From: Camelus ferus
Lineage: Eukaryota
Length of the DNA stretch: 64,000 nt
NCBI RefSeq assembly: GCF_009834535.1
Contig: NC_045696.1
Span: 89,902,001 to 89,966,000 of the forward strand
Direction: 5' to 3'
Both the position numbers and the translations under genes were made by a program. Shown one piece after another: positions 1 to 13,824 of this stretch (its first letter is position 1; each line of letters starts with the position of its first letter). The notes under the pieces are model-generated. The model was given only the letters and a program-made list of their open reading frames with translations, was not told the origin of the DNA and ran no database searches.

Positions 1-1098
1 TTGAGGGCTAGGTGAAGGGATGCAGGAGAAAAGCAGAAGCGGAAGATGAAGAAGCCAGTGGGGGGAGGCTGGGGAAGGCCAACAAGTACACGGACACCAC
101 GCTAAGGAACCAGCTTCATTGTGTTTGTGTGGCCTCCTTGGAGTATTTCCCTTAGACTCTATTATGGTGTTAGTTTAAAAGGCAGATTCTTAGGAGGGAG
201 GGAGGATATTGAGAGGAAGTGAGAGGGCTGCAGAGAAAGGAGGCAGGAGGTGCTCAGGGAAGAGAAAACAACCTCAGAGTCATCATCTTCTTAAGTTCCT
301 GCTTCTGACCCCACCTCCCTGAGATCCCCCTTCACTGTAAGCTACAGGGAATGAGGCAGCGAGATCAGGGAACTGATGGCTCTCCAGCCTTCCCCCAGGG
401 GTTTGCAATAATCACATGCACACCTGAAGGTGCTTAAACCTTCTTTGTGGTCCACTGTATAGAAGCTCACTCCCTTAAACAGGAGCCATGGTCACACCAG
501 AGAAGGAATCACCCTCAGGTCATTGGTTGGCATCAGAAGCATGTGTGGTGAGTCAGAAGTGACCTGCAGACAATCGCGGATCTGTGCAAGGACCCCTCAG
601 CCCACATCTCTGAGATGATACCCTCCAGAGAGGGATCACTTGGGACAGGTCACACCATGTTATGTGGAAAATAATGCAGTGGCAACAGGAACACTGACAA
701 AGGGGTTAAGGATATGAGTTGCAGAGCCAGGAAAACGAGAAACACACATCTCTCTTTTGTTAAGCTCCGGTAAGCAGTCTCGGGAACCTCTCTTCTTGGT
801 GCAGTAAATGCCTACGCCAGGCCATGGCTTGATGGGTGTTTCTTCAGGTTTTATTCTCTTGCCTTCATCTTTTGTTGTATTCAAAGAGCCATCTGTATCC
901 TTCTCTTAATTTGCTAAATTCCTTACTCAAGGCAGAAGCAGCACCTGTTCAGGCTCCCAATTCACGTTCATGTGGGTGAAAGGGAAAAACAGTCCTAGCT
1001 GAAGCTCATACTATCAGATAAAAGGGGATCTGAGTCGCTGAAATGTAAGGGGTGTGTCTTCCTGTGCAAATTAATTTGATGGTTTTGAGAGCAAAGTC

Positions 1099-1119
1099 CA
1101 CACACACACACACACACAC
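1099..1119. repeat. (CA)n microsatellite
   Basis: Direct read. Confidence 0.9.
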
Positions 1120-2244
1120 CCTGCAGGCAGCCAAGTAATCTTGTTTGTAAAATCAATGAAGAATTCACTAAACCATGTGTTTTAAAATTAAATAATGATT
1201 TAATGCTCTCTCTGTTAGAAAGCTCGAAAAGTTTGATTCATTATAAATCTGCTAGAATTCGTATCCTGAGAAGATAGATAGTAGCATTTTCAACAAACAG
1301 GTGATAAGGATACTCATGCACTGAACGTATGGAAAAAAAAGAGCTGCGGGAGAGAAGAGAAGACATTCAGATTTCCTCCTTACAACAATCCCATGAAACC
1401 AATAAAAAGCATCCCATATATAGTGGTTTGTATTCCAAAGGCTCCACAAAACAACATTTCTGATATCTAGCACCTGGAAACAAGGCAAAGATAATAATAA
1501 CCATAGTAACAATTGTGTCCGTAAACCGTTTTTATAATGTCATTTAATTTTTTTCCTCAAAGAAATCCTATGACAAGGAAGGAGAGGAACTACTATCTCT
1601 GCTTTTCTAAATAAAAATAATAAAAAAACAATAAAAGCTCAGAGAAGTTTACTGACTCAATCAACCAATCCCAAATACTGAAATTTCCAGGCCCACATTC
1701 TTCTGAAAGTCTCTCCTCAACAGAAACTAGCGTTGGAGGAACCAGCAGCCACCCAAGCTGGAGCCACCTCGCGCCCTCTCTTGACCTTCCATCCCCCAAA
1801 CTCCCACGTCACAGACATTAATGTGTGTCTTCCTGCTCCCACCACTCTTGGGAAGGCCTTCCAGGGACATGGAAAGCTGCTGCCCCCATCTTAGCACACA
1901 AACTTAAACATTCATGATATAAAACAACATATTGTTTAAAACACACACTTTGTACAGTGGACTACCAAGCACAAGGGTGTGTATGTGTGTATATATATCA
2001 TTAAAATGGGTAAATATTTAAGATAAACTAAATGAAAATAAAGCAAGTTATAGGAAAATATGTGTGATTCTAGAGACCCATACATACACACACATGTGCA
2101 CAGACATGCAGGTAATGTATACACACTAAATCTGACAGCAGTTACTTCCAAGGGCTTGGAAAGGGCACGACGCTCGCAGGTGTAACGAAGGGGCTATGCC
2201 TTGTGTCGGGCACTCAGGCTCTGCAGCCACATACATGGTTTTGG

Positions 2245-2425
2245 GTCCAACTCACATAACAGCCATGTGAGCACAGGCAAGTCACTCAGCCTGCTGTGCC
2301 TCAGTTTCCTCATCTGTAAAGTGAAGATGATTATTGGGCTGATATAAGGACTAAATGGAATAGTCACATGTAAATCAGTTAGCGTCTGGTACATTTTTAA
2401 AAACGCTTTCAATACATGCTAGGTA
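2245..2425 (+). mobile_element. MIR SINE
   Basis: ggcaagtcactcagcctgctgtgcctcagtttcctcatctgtaaagtg (MIR core). Confidence 0.8.
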
Positions 2426-2509
2426 TTAACTGTTCCAATTTTTATAAAGAGAATGCATTACTTGTATGTTTTCTTAGTTTAAGCAGAGTCTGAGATAATA
2501 ACAGAAGAG

Positions 2510-2968
2510 GGCTGGTTTTGTTTTGTAAGGTGGCCATGACAGAGAACCACAGCGTAGGGGGCTTAAACAGCAGAAACGTGTGGTTTCACAGCTCTGGAGG
2601 CTGGAAGTCTGAGAGCAAGGTGTCAGCAGGGTTGGCTGCTCCTGAGGGCCGTGAGGAAGAATCTGCTTCATGCCCGTCTCCCAGCTTCTGGTGCGTTGCA
2701 GGCAACCCACAGGGGTCCCTTGGCCTGTAGGTTCATCGCCCTGATCTCTGCCTTCATCTCTGTGTGGCCTGTGTGTGTGTTTGTCTCTGAATCCAAAGTT
2801 CCCCATTAGGTAAGGACACCAGTCATACTGGATTTGGGCCCACTCTAATGACCTCATTTTAACTTGACCATCAGCAAAGACCCTATTTCCAAATCAGGTC
2901 ACATTCACAGGTAGAGGGGTGTTAGGACTTCAACATGTTTTGAAGAAGACACAACACAACCTGCAACA
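2510..2968 (-). mobile_element. MaLR LTR (MLT1 family)
   Basis: ggcttaaacagcagaaa...cacagctctggaggctggaagtctgagagcaaggtgtcagcagggttgg...aaggacaccagtcatactggattt. Confidence 0.85.
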
Positions 2969-3929
2969 ATGGGAGAAGACCAAATTAGAGGTTACTGCAG
3001 TAGTCTAGGTTTTTTCCTAGAGTACTGGCCAGGTAGAGTTTTAAAAATGAAAAAACACAGTAAGATTTGGTAATTGAGTGTAATGGAGAGAAGCAGAGAG
3101 CCTGGGGTTTCTGGCTGAAGCATCTGGTAGATGCTGGCAGTGACATTCACTGAGACGCAGTGAGGACTGGAGTAGATGGCCTGGGGGTAAACTCAAAAAG
3201 GTCTTCAAAATTAACTTTAACAAAATGCCCATATAGCTTAATTCTAGTAATTCTGTGGCATGGGCCAACTAGGTTTATTTTAATAAGACTGATGTTTATT
3301 TTTTAGATTTTGTTTCCTTATGCTTTGAGTCTCCTTCACGATTTCTGACACTGGTCTTTCAATGTCATGGGTCCTTTATAAACACATCTATGTTGCTCTC
3401 CATGGAGGCTTCCGCACCCTTGGTTTTGAGTGTCAAGTGTTTCAGTGGCTTTGGGTGCAGACCGCGTCCACAAGAACAGGACTGGGGCTTTGCAAGCAGG
3501 GAGAGAGCGCCCATTTCTTTATTATTCTATCTGCATCTAACTTAAAGGGCCCCTAATAAATGTTCCCAGCATAAGCTATTAGAGTATAAAGTTATACAAT
3601 GAGGAGAAAATTTTTCTTGACTCTCTAAATTGTGTGATGAATTGTATGCAGTAGTACCGTTAAGGCACTGGGGAGCCCATGGGTGACACATATGATTTGC
3701 AACAAGTATTCATGTCTCTAGGTCTCTATGGGTGACTTGTGATCAAAATTACCTGTGGCCAAAACAAGAGAGAAGGAGTTATGGGAAGTAGTAGGGGGAA
3801 CAGACGCAAGAAACTTCTGGACTATAAGAAAGCAAATTGGAAAAAAAATTTCCCCAGTCATTGAGAAACTGTCAGTAGCACCGATTCTGAATCAGTTAAG
3901 CAAGCTGTAGAATTACCTCTTCTGTGTTT

Positions 3930-4220
3930 GTTGATCTATTCAAGAAATACGTACTGGGAGCCTGCCATGTGCATGTGCCCAGGACTCATCTGGATGCTGG
4001 GGAACATCAGTGAACAAACCAGGAGAGGGTCCCTGCCCTCATGCAGCTTACACTCCAGTGAGAAGACAGGCACTCAACAAGGAAACAAATGTATCACAGT
4101 GGGTCAGATGGGAATGAATGCTGAGGAAAGCTCTGTACCAGATAGAGTTTGGTGATGGGGAGGGGGTTGCTAATTTGCAAAAGGTGGTCAGGAGGGTATT
4201 TCTGACAAGGTGAGAGGCCC
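3930..4220 (-). mobile_element. L2 3' fragment
   Basis: attcaagaaatacgtactgggagcctgccatgtg...ccctgccctcatgcagcttacactccagtg...ggtggtcaggagg. Confidence 0.65.
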
Positions 4221-4385
4221 TAGAGTGACAATAAGTTGATTGGAAACAACAAGTCCCACCCTTTTTGAACTTACAGTGAATTTGCAATCTCTGGAATACA
4301 GCAGCAAAATTATAAAAGAAAAGTAGGTTCTCTTTGGCAGTGGCTGTCTGCACAGTTTCTTTTCTTTGTTTCTTTCTTTTTAAAA

Positions 4386-4438
4386 AAAAACATTTTAAGG
4401 TCGTTGTTTATTAAAAAATATTTTAAGGTCGTTGTTTA
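4386..4438. repeat. 25-bp tandem duplication, period 28
   Basis: aaaaacattttaaggtcgttgttta / aaaaatattttaaggtcgttgttta. Confidence 0.9.
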
Positions 4439-4940
4439 GGAAATGAGTAAAGTGTGATGGGAGAGCCAGGCCTTTGGCACCTGACTTCCCTGAGTTCAGA
4501 TTCTGGTTCCAGCCCTTACTGACTGTGCAGGGCTGAACAGATGGCTTAACCTCCCTTAAAAATGAGAAAGGAAATCTCTGTCCTAGAGCACCAAGTAGAG
4601 TCATTGCTCTTCTGGCTCCTATCTCAGGAAAGAAATTATTGATTATTGGAAATTGAGGTTTGAGACAATGAAACATAATGGTGCAACCTGGTATAAAAAG
4701 CAAACACTGATGATACCTAAAGTTTCTACCCTCTTCACATTTAAACCTCATTTTACTCACTGGTTTTTTCTTCCCGTCATTGACATGCACAGGGACAATA
4801 TGCATTAAATATTAAGAAGGACTAAATACTAGTGAATTCAATTGCAAAAAGTTATAGGATATCTTTCTGTATAAATATCTTAAGAGAAATACAAAGGTCA
4901 AAAGCAACTACATCTGCCTCTAGAAAGAAAAACATAAGCA

Positions 4941-5236
4941 CAGATGGTCATCCCTCAGTATCCATGGGCGACTGGTTACAGGACCCCTGTGGATACCAAA
5001 ATCTGGGGATGTTCAAGTTCCTTATATAAAATGGCATAGGATCTGCAAATAATCTATGTATACCCTCCAGTGTACTTTAAATCATCTCTAAATTATGTAT
5101 ATACCTAATACAATGAAATGCTATTAAATAGTTGCCTATGCTTTTTGGAACTTTCTACAATCTTTTTTCCTAATATTTTCAATCCACGGTTGGTTGAATC
5201 CATGGATGCAGAACCACAGATACAGAGGGCTGGCTG
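4941..5236. mobile_element. MER2-like Tigger (TcMar) non-autonomous DNA transposon
   Basis: Inverted ends ccctcagtatc / gatacagaggg..ctg followed by TA; internal caggacccctgtggataccaaaatc and ttggttgaatccatggatgcagaacc. Confidence 0.8.
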
Positions 5237-8200
5237 TATAGCTGACACAAGGCAGTGGCAACACAGCAATAGATGTGTGCAAAGCAAATGCCATAAGGGC
5301 GGGGGGGGGGGGGTAGGGAAGGGGCTTACGTGCTACTTCTCAGAGGCTGAGAGGTGGGGACCTGAAGTGGACCTTGCCTGAGGAGAGGAAGGGCTCTCCA
5401 GGTGAATATGTCAGCAGGGATGGGAGAGGATCTCTGCTGGAGGCAGAAGGAACCAAAGGAAAAACATGAAGTGGGGCAGGTATTGAATGTGCTATTCTGA
5501 AATCCGGAATGAAACTGAATGGGAACAGGCTGGAGGCAGCTGTAAACTTCCCTATGGGACACTTCTTCTATGTGGGGCGTGACTTCTACCTTGCATCATT
5601 GAAGGTAATAGAAAGAAACTAGCTGAGGACATATGCCATTTCCAGCCCCAAAGCCTGAATTCAGGTTGCCTGGCAAAGGACTTTCTGATAAGGTAATTAA
5701 GGAGGAGAAGACTACCTTTTTCCCTCCAGGAATGGTTTGGTTCTGATCCATTCTACGATGCTTAATAAGAGAAGCCTAATTCTTATGCCCCTGCAGGACA
5801 GGGGCATGAAATACCTTTGGAGACTGGACAATTCAAGTTGCTAAACAGATTTGTTGCCACCCTAGATTCCATTAGTTTAAGATTCTAAAATCTACTTTAG
5901 GCTTCTCTGGGTAAAGACAAAAACTTGGTCTCTCTCATTCTATCTCTCATTCTCTCTCTCTCATTTTTTTTTTTCTGTGAAAAGTCCAATCCTGATTCTC
6001 TCTGAAGACTTCAAAATGTTTTGAAGGTGGTAGTCTCAGCAGCAGAAAAAATACTGTAAATACATTTTGGCAGGACTTGAATAAGTTTTCAACTTCCTGT
6101 AGCATATGCAGACAATAACCAAATAAAATGATAGATCACGGTGTGCCACTTGAGAGTTTTGTTGAAGAAAAATATCATCTCAAACCTCAGCCAAAAGGTA
6201 GGCTATAAATAAATACCTATGCATTCTCAAGTTACAACTTCCAAGGTGGTCTCACCATACAAAGGGGGATGTTTTAAAAGCATGTCATTAGCAGTGCCAG
6301 CTCGTGAGAGCTCACTGAACACTCCAAGTCAAACTGATGATACCAACGTTTGCCAGGTACTGCTGATGCAGAGATGGAAATGCACAGACATTCTGCTGCT
6401 GGTCAGATAAAAGTAATCCACGTTTATTGTGTGTCTGTGGGTTTGGGAAGCGTGCTGCTTGCCCTAGTACATGAAGCCATCAGAGCAGTACTTCCCAAAG
6501 ATCCTAATGAGCAACCTCCTCATCCTGCAGACGTGGGAACCGAGTCCTAGAGTGTTCCGGTACTCGTCCACGCTGTCCAGCACCAGGTGGCCCATTCAAG
6601 ATGGATGATCACACAGCCCCACAGACAGGCCATCTACAGGGTACTCTCTTTGGCATTAGGGCGAAACCAAGAACATCTTGCCCCGTAGTTTCTGACCTTG
6701 ATTTCTTAGCATGTATCTAACTCTAATCTTTGTGCCATTTGGTTCTTGGAAGTCCCCTGTGTTACTTTAATTTTCCTCTAAAGAAAATAATTATCTGAAA
6801 GACATTTCTCTCTGTTTCCCTTTTACCTCTCTCCCTCTGAGAGAGAGAGAGAAGGAGACAGAGAAAAAGAATTATTTTCCATCCAATAACTACTGAGTCA
6901 AATTGTCCAAATGACATCCTGAGAATAATAGGCTTTCAAGAAAGCTCAGCAGCTAATTTGATATCCCAGACAACAGAGAAAAGGAGGTCTGGAGGGAGAA
7001 AAGACACATGCCACCTATTTGTTTGAGTTTTTTTTGCATTAACCACCTGCTCTTTGCCTCATTTATAATTCTTCCAGACAGATTCTACTTGGCATTGTCA
7101 ACAATGGCCTGTCAGAACTGCAGCGTAGTTTCATATCACAAATTGGAATAGGCAAAGGCCAGAGCAAGAAACAAAACTGTGACTTCAGCAACACCTTCCC
7201 ACCTCTATACCACCTTCTGGCTTCCACACAAACACTGGCATCCAACAAGGTGAACGAAGGAACAGATTTGGTTGCACAGATAAGTTCACAAAGGCCTCAG
7301 GATGCTCCTGCATGATCTCACCAGCCTTTTTTTCAGAATAGCTGTTTTCCCTTCTGACCTAGTACCCATCTACACATGGGGAGCATGGCTGGGCAGTGGA
7401 TCTGAGGTCATTCTTTCTATTAAAGAGGTCATAGAAAATGGTCAAACAAGGAAGGAACTTCAAAGGTAATGCTAGGATTTGTTTTAGTTTATCTGCAAAG
7501 TGCAGCCATTCAACACAGGCCATATCTACAAAATATCAAAGCAATCAACTAAATAAGAAAAGTTATTTTAATTGTTGGCTATCATGTAGCCCTTATGAAA
7601 GACTGCTTAACAGCTATTGTTACCAATTCATACAAAGGGCTACTGATTACAAACATCATCATATAGTACTGAGAGTACCGTCAGATGAGATGGTTATTGA
7701 GCGAATGCCCTTTATTGGCAATCAACTCCAGAAAGGGAAGCTACAGGAAGGATGAGAAAGTTGCACAGCCCAAGAAAGGCTGGTGCTCTTGGAACAGAGA
7801 CCTTGTCTACATCCCATGATTAACCTAAAACAAAGCCAAACTGAAATAGGAGGCCAATACCCAGAAATCCCTGCACACTGTGTAATATACCACTAAGCAA
7901 ATAAAAATATATTGAAAAAAGAAAACAGAAAATATGTATAATGCTTTAGAGTTAACCAAGAACATATTGAAAGATTGTCTTAGTTATTCAGCTAGCACTT
8001 ATACATGTGCCAGGCTTTGCTAAAAACACTTGACAAACAGTAACCCATCAGTCCTCGTAACATTCCTACAACAAATGTACTACAGCCAATGCTGAGCTCT
8101 ACCCTCTGGGTTTCCACCTTCTCTTAGATTTTGTCAAACAAATTCCTCCCTCTCTTGATAGTTATTTGATGCCCCTTTAAAAGCACTAAAGTCCTAATGT

Positions 8201-8344
8201 CTTTGTACTGAATGACTGGCAAACACAAAGGAGACATATTACTTATAATAAGGGCTAAGTTATTTGTCTTGGTTGACTAGCCAACTAACCAAGACTCTGT
8301 TTAATTTATCAGGTTACAAATGTACTATTATTGCCTATTTTACG

Positions 8345-9950
8345 AAAAATATGAACATAAAAAAGTAAAGAATATAGCAAGAAACCCCTATTATTCATCC
8401 TTAGATTTAACAAAGATCAAATATCCAGATTTCCTATACTTCATCTCTCTCTCTCCCTCCCTCCTCTCTTCCTTTACCTTTCTTCCTTTCCTTCTCCTCC
8501 CACCTCAGTTATTTTAAGGAGAATCCCAGAAATCAGCTCATTTCACCCCTAGAATTTCAATATGGGTCTCTAAAATAACATGGAGGTTTTTCTAAAATAA
8601 TTATGCTCTAACTATAATGTCATCATTGCACATAAGAAAAGTAATAATTATACTTTGGTATCATCTAATACCTACCTATGCTCAAATGTTCCTGACTGTC
8701 TCAGTTAGTGTGTTCGAATCAGTGGGGTAAGAAGAGATCCTGCCACCATCCAGTGAAGCCACACTGAACAGCTGCTTCCTACCACCGAATACGAGTATGG
8801 AGCTGTGCTTCCCAAACAAATGCTTTTCCTAAAGACCCAGAAAGAAGACAGCTGACTTTGGCAATGGGGACTAAGTCATCTGGAATACTCCTCCCACTGA
8901 AGACAACTGAAAAACATGGATAACACAGTATGAAATACTATAACATCTGTAAAAAAAAAAAAAAAAAAAGAATGCAGAAGGTTTTAACTTACTTATGTGA
9001 AGTATCTCTGGGGTATAATGCTAACAAAACAAAAGAAAGGGGCAGAAAAGTATATATATATAATGTATATAATACTACTTTTTGTGTAAGAATAGCAGGA
9101 GGAGGTGGTAAAAAATAAATAAATATCTGAACTAAAATTTTTATTTACCAATGCTTGGAAACTCCAAAAGAATCAGCTAAAAAATTCTAAGTAATAATAA
9201 GAGATTTCAATAATGTGAACAAATAGAAATCAACATGAAAAAAGTCACTGCTTTCTGTATTCTAGTGACATCCATTTAGACATGGAGGAAAGAAGGAAGG
9301 AACTGATTTGCAATAAGAATAATCATAATAAGAAAAGCAGGAAATGTATATAATGAAATTTCTAACTTTTCCTGATATTTATTTCCATATCCATATCCAT
9401 GCTATGCTCCTAGAGAGGAAAAAGAAATCTGTAAACATATCAACTCTTGTGATATCAGTGTATACTCTGATAAAATTCCAATTAAAGTCACCAAAGATTT
9501 CTTTTGGAAGTTTACACAATGTTAAAGTTTATATGGAATGAGTATGCCTAACAAAGAACATAAAAAGAAATGAAGTAAAGAATTTCTCTACCAAACATTA
9601 AAATCTATAATCAAAATGTAATATTTAAGACAGTCTGAATCAGGTCCTAGAATTGGTAGATGTAACCAGGAAAATAGTGCAGAAAGAGATTCTAATAGAT
9701 AGATTTTAACATGTGATAAAGATCATGTCACAAACCAGTGGAGAACAAAGAACTGATCAGTAAATGGTGCTCAGGCAGTGGCTTAACTACTGGGAATAAA
9801 ATAAGACTACTGTGTCTCTTCCTAGCACATGCCAAAATTCCAAGTGAACTTACAATGAAATCATAAAAAAGCTGGAAATGATATAAATAGAAAGAGACAC
9901 TAAAAAGATTTCATTTTATAGAAGTAATTAAGAAAAATAATGAAACATCA
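8345..9950. mobile_element. Fragments of ancient L1M elements
   Basis: 8345-8720 is an L1ME-like 3' end (antisense). 9150-9900 is A-rich sense degraded ORF2-like sequence (aaagaatcagctaaaaaattcta..., agtaaatggtgct). Confidence 0.5.
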
Positions 9951-10020
9951 ATAAAACAGTAGGCAAAAACATAGCCACAAAACATGTGAAAATGTCAAAT
10001 CACAATGGTTAAAAAAGAAA

Positions 10021-10678
10021 TTTGCCTGACTTATTTCACTAAGTATAGTATTCTCTAGGTCCATCCATGTTGCTGCAAATGGCAGTATCTCATTCTTTTT
10101 TATGGCTGAGCAATATTCCATTGCAAATACGTACCACATCTTCTTAAGCCAATCATTTGTTGATGGGACTTGGGTTGTTTCCATGTTTTGACTATTGTAA
10201 ATAGTGCTGCTATGAACATTGGGGTGAATATATCTTTTTGAATTAGAGTTTCTGTTTTTTCTAGAAATATACCCAGAAGTGGGACTGCTGGTCAGACAGC
10301 ATAAGACAAATAAGACAGAGAAAGACAAATACTATACGATATCACTTATATTTGGAATCTAAAAAATATAATACAAATGAACCTCTATACAAAAAAAAAC
10401 AGACTCACAAATGTAGAAAACAAACTTACAGTTACTGAAGGGGAGAAATGGGGGGGCAAGTTAGGAGTATGGGGTTAACAGAAACAAACTATGATACATA
10501 AAATAGACAAGCAACAAGGATTTACAGTATACCACAGGGAATTATATCCAGTATCTTGTAATAATCTACAATGGAATATGCTCTGCAAAAAGAAAAAACT
10601 GAATCACTATGCTGTACACCTGAACCTCATGCAATATTGTAAATTAACTAAACTTCAATAAAAATAAAGATAAAAATA
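10021..10678 (+). mobile_element. L1 3' fragment with 5' inversion
   Basis: 10021-~10295 is the antisense ORF2 end (track peptide KKMWY..MEYCSAIKKNEILPFAATWMDLE). ~10305-10678 is the sense 3'UTR ending in aataaaaataaagataaaaat. Confidence 0.85.
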
Positions 10679-11299
10679 CTGTGGGAAACAGAAGGTCCCA
10701 GTCATCCTAAATGGTGAAGAATCATGTATCAAATCTTTGTGGACTGAGACTCAGTGAGCTATCTGGGATACAGAAGGGAAGAATATGCATTTGAAAGACA
10801 AATTTTTGCAGAATTAAATTTTATCTGACAACTGCAATTATCTAGACATTTAGTTGACGGCAAAAATATTTATATAATGTCCACATTTAACTTTAGAGAC
10901 ATTAAAAAATAAAATCCATAAAATCACTTAAAAAAATAAATTTGATTTAAAACACATGCTATTTTTCAATCTATCAAATTAATACTATTGGCAGAACAGT
11001 CCCAGAAATGTGATATGTATCAAGACACTTAAACAAAACTTTATACAAATTTTTGTTCTACTTATGATAATCTCCTGGAAGGAAATAGAAATGTAAAAAT
11101 ATATAAACGCCCCAATGTTGATACTATTGATACTATAAATGGTATGATTCAATGAATTACAGCTCATACATCTATATGATTTAATATTATGCAAATATTC
11201 ACATTAAACTATTAGACTTTGGGGAATTCTAATGACAAATTAAAACACTGAGCTTAAAAAGCAAAGTTCAAAATACTGGAAATATTTCTTAAGAGATAA

Positions 11300-11355
11300 A
11301 TATATATATATATATCATATATATATCATATATCATATAATCATATATGTATATA
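11300..11355. repeat. (TA)n / (TATCA)n low-complexity tract
   Basis: Direct read. Confidence 0.85.
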
Positions 11356-11884
11356 ATTCTAAGGAAATTCACCAAAATATTAAAATTGGTGGTCTCTGAA
11401 TATTGGAGTAAAGGTGAGAAATATTTTTTAAACTTTCTCTATATTTTCTAAAATGAGCATAGATACATATTATAGAAGCAAATAAATATTGCTATAAAAT
11501 GAACAGCCAATTTTATATTGTATCTTAAAAACATCATTCAAAATATATTGATTTAAAAAAATAGTAACTTGCCATTATTGGTACATTTCATTTATGCAGA
11601 ACCTCATTTCCTAACAGTTTTAGATGAACTAGTGGTCACTGTACATTGTCTTAAAATGCAAGTAGCTTCCTTCTGTCACTGAATAAGCCCAGGTCTGTTG
11701 GTCTTACGAAGATGCAAGACATATTTACTAAGAGTAAACAGGTTCAAAAACTGTACTTTTTAGCTCTTGGCACTGAACAATTTCAATTAACACCTTTTAT
11801 TCTAATATATGGATGGCATATAATTACTTTTAAAATATACATAAATATGTATTTCAGACCCATATGTGGAAGCCCATGTATTTG

Positions 11885-12012
11885 TTTTTTTAAATATATA
11901 TTTTTATTGAAGTATAATCAGTTTACAATGCTGTGTCAATTTCTGGTGTACAGCACAATACTTCAGTCACATAGGAACATACATATATTCATTTTCATAT
12001 TCTTTTTCACCA
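11885..12012 (-). mobile_element. Very short L1 3' end (camelid-type)
   Basis: tttttattgaagtataatcagtttacaatg...catacatatattcattttcatattctttttcacc resembles the 3' end of the L1 at 56704. Possible degenerate TSD catgtatttg / catatattcg. Confidence 0.75.
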
Positions 12013-13824
12013 TATATTCGGAAATGATTCTGAGCCAAATAAAGGAAACCATGTAAAACCTCTCCATGTAATCATGATCAGGAAGCTTAAACTTCAGTCA
12101 CATGAACAAATGTGTCCCCGGATCCCGAAAAGTTTCCTTGCCTTTCTCTTCCTTCCAAAATCATAAAAATGAAGTTCTAAAAGTATGTACTTCTCTGTAC
12201 TTCTAAGTAGCCCACTTTTCAGTTTAGTTGGCAAATGTGACATTTGCATAACCAATAGCCCTCTTTCAAAGACAACTGTGATGTGGGTGATTTTGAAAAG
12301 TCTTAAAAAGGTTCTGGGACCTCCAATAGGATCCATCTGACCACTCAAATAGAAGCTGCCCAGACACAAACGACCCGCGTGTCAGACAGGGAGCGTCCAT
12401 CACACACGCATGCGTGGATCACGCCTCTCCCATCCCTTCTCTGCCAGCACAGGTCAGAGGTGCTGTTCCAAGTGTGAAATGGGGGTATGAGCAGCAATGT
12501 ACAGAGTGTTTATTGCTTTTTTGTGTCTGTTGGGGGCACACTGGAAAATGGGTCTGGCACAGCTCATCCCTCACAAATGCGTAATGCCATCCCCGGGGAC
12601 AGGAATATCACGAGTCCGGAAAAACAGAGCTTTTAGCTGCTTGGTACTGAAAATTTAAAGCAAAATTCCAAAAGCCCTCAAAGCTAATGTCGAAATGACA
12701 AAGTGCCAAAAATCTCTCTGGCATTAAATTTCCACTCTTTATTTTCTCCCTTCAGGTGAACAGCTTGTGAAAATAATAATGTGATAATGCCACCCTGTGT
12801 TCCAAATATCTTGAAGCACCATCTTGTTAAGCCTCTAGGCGTCCCTTTGAGACTAATGGGAATTGAGCCGACTTATTCATTTTACAGATGAGAAAACCCC
12901 ACAGGAGATGGGTCAAATGTCTGGGCGACAGCCATGCAGACTTAGCACATAGGTCACAGATCTGAATTTAGTTCTCAAAACAATGCCAAGCGCTGTAGGA
13001 GAGGACCTGAAAAGCTAGCTCCAAAAGGGCAAAAGCAAGTTTCACACAGGATGCTAAGTGGGCTTGGGTAGTAAACTGGTAAAAGCAATCAAAACACATC
13101 CCAGGAGGGACAACGAGGTCTAGTCTAGGCACAGCAATAAGGCACAGCCTAGGCACGTGGCCAGCTGGAATCAGTGAGAACTGGCGTGGGTCATCAGTAG
13201 ATCTAACGTGGCACTAGGGGCATCTTACAACAGCAAGCACAGTAGATTTTTCGTCGTTTTTTGTTTTTTTTTTTTAGTGCAACTGAGCCACCTATTATGG
13301 GAATTACAGCAACGAACAGGGCTCTACCCACTGCTACACAAGAAACTTCCCTTCTCCGCATCCTAGCAATCTGGCTTTGAACTCATGATCTAAACCAGTC
13401 AATAGGATGGCCCCGTTAAGGACTCTGAATCTGGAGGAAGTGTGTCAGAGAAGCAAGGCACATTTTAGAGCTCCTTATGACCACTGCATCCAGTGGCCTG
13501 TGAGGCCAGCAGCACTCCAAAAATGTTGTCCCTCAGGTGCGCAATTTCCCTTAGTGCCTTTGTTTCCTGAGCCTGATTCTCTAATCTTCCTGTTAATTCA
13601 AGGAGATAGCTGATATCTTTCTAATAAATTCATTTTTAGCTGAAATTAACTAGGGTCAGATTCTGTAGTTTGCAACCTGGAAGACCGAAATAGGCGATGG
13701 CCAAGGCTGTGGAGAAATTAACATTAAGCAGATCTGGAGGTGTATGTTAACTTTGCAGCAGCAGGAACTATAGGTTCAGAGGAAGAATTCCTCCCAGGTA
13801 TGGCAGGCAATGCTAAGTTATCTA

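Noticed and set aside
5785..5807. 9-bp hairpin atgcccctg-N5-caggggcat
   Set aside because: Too short for a pre-miRNA, and expected by chance in 64 kb.
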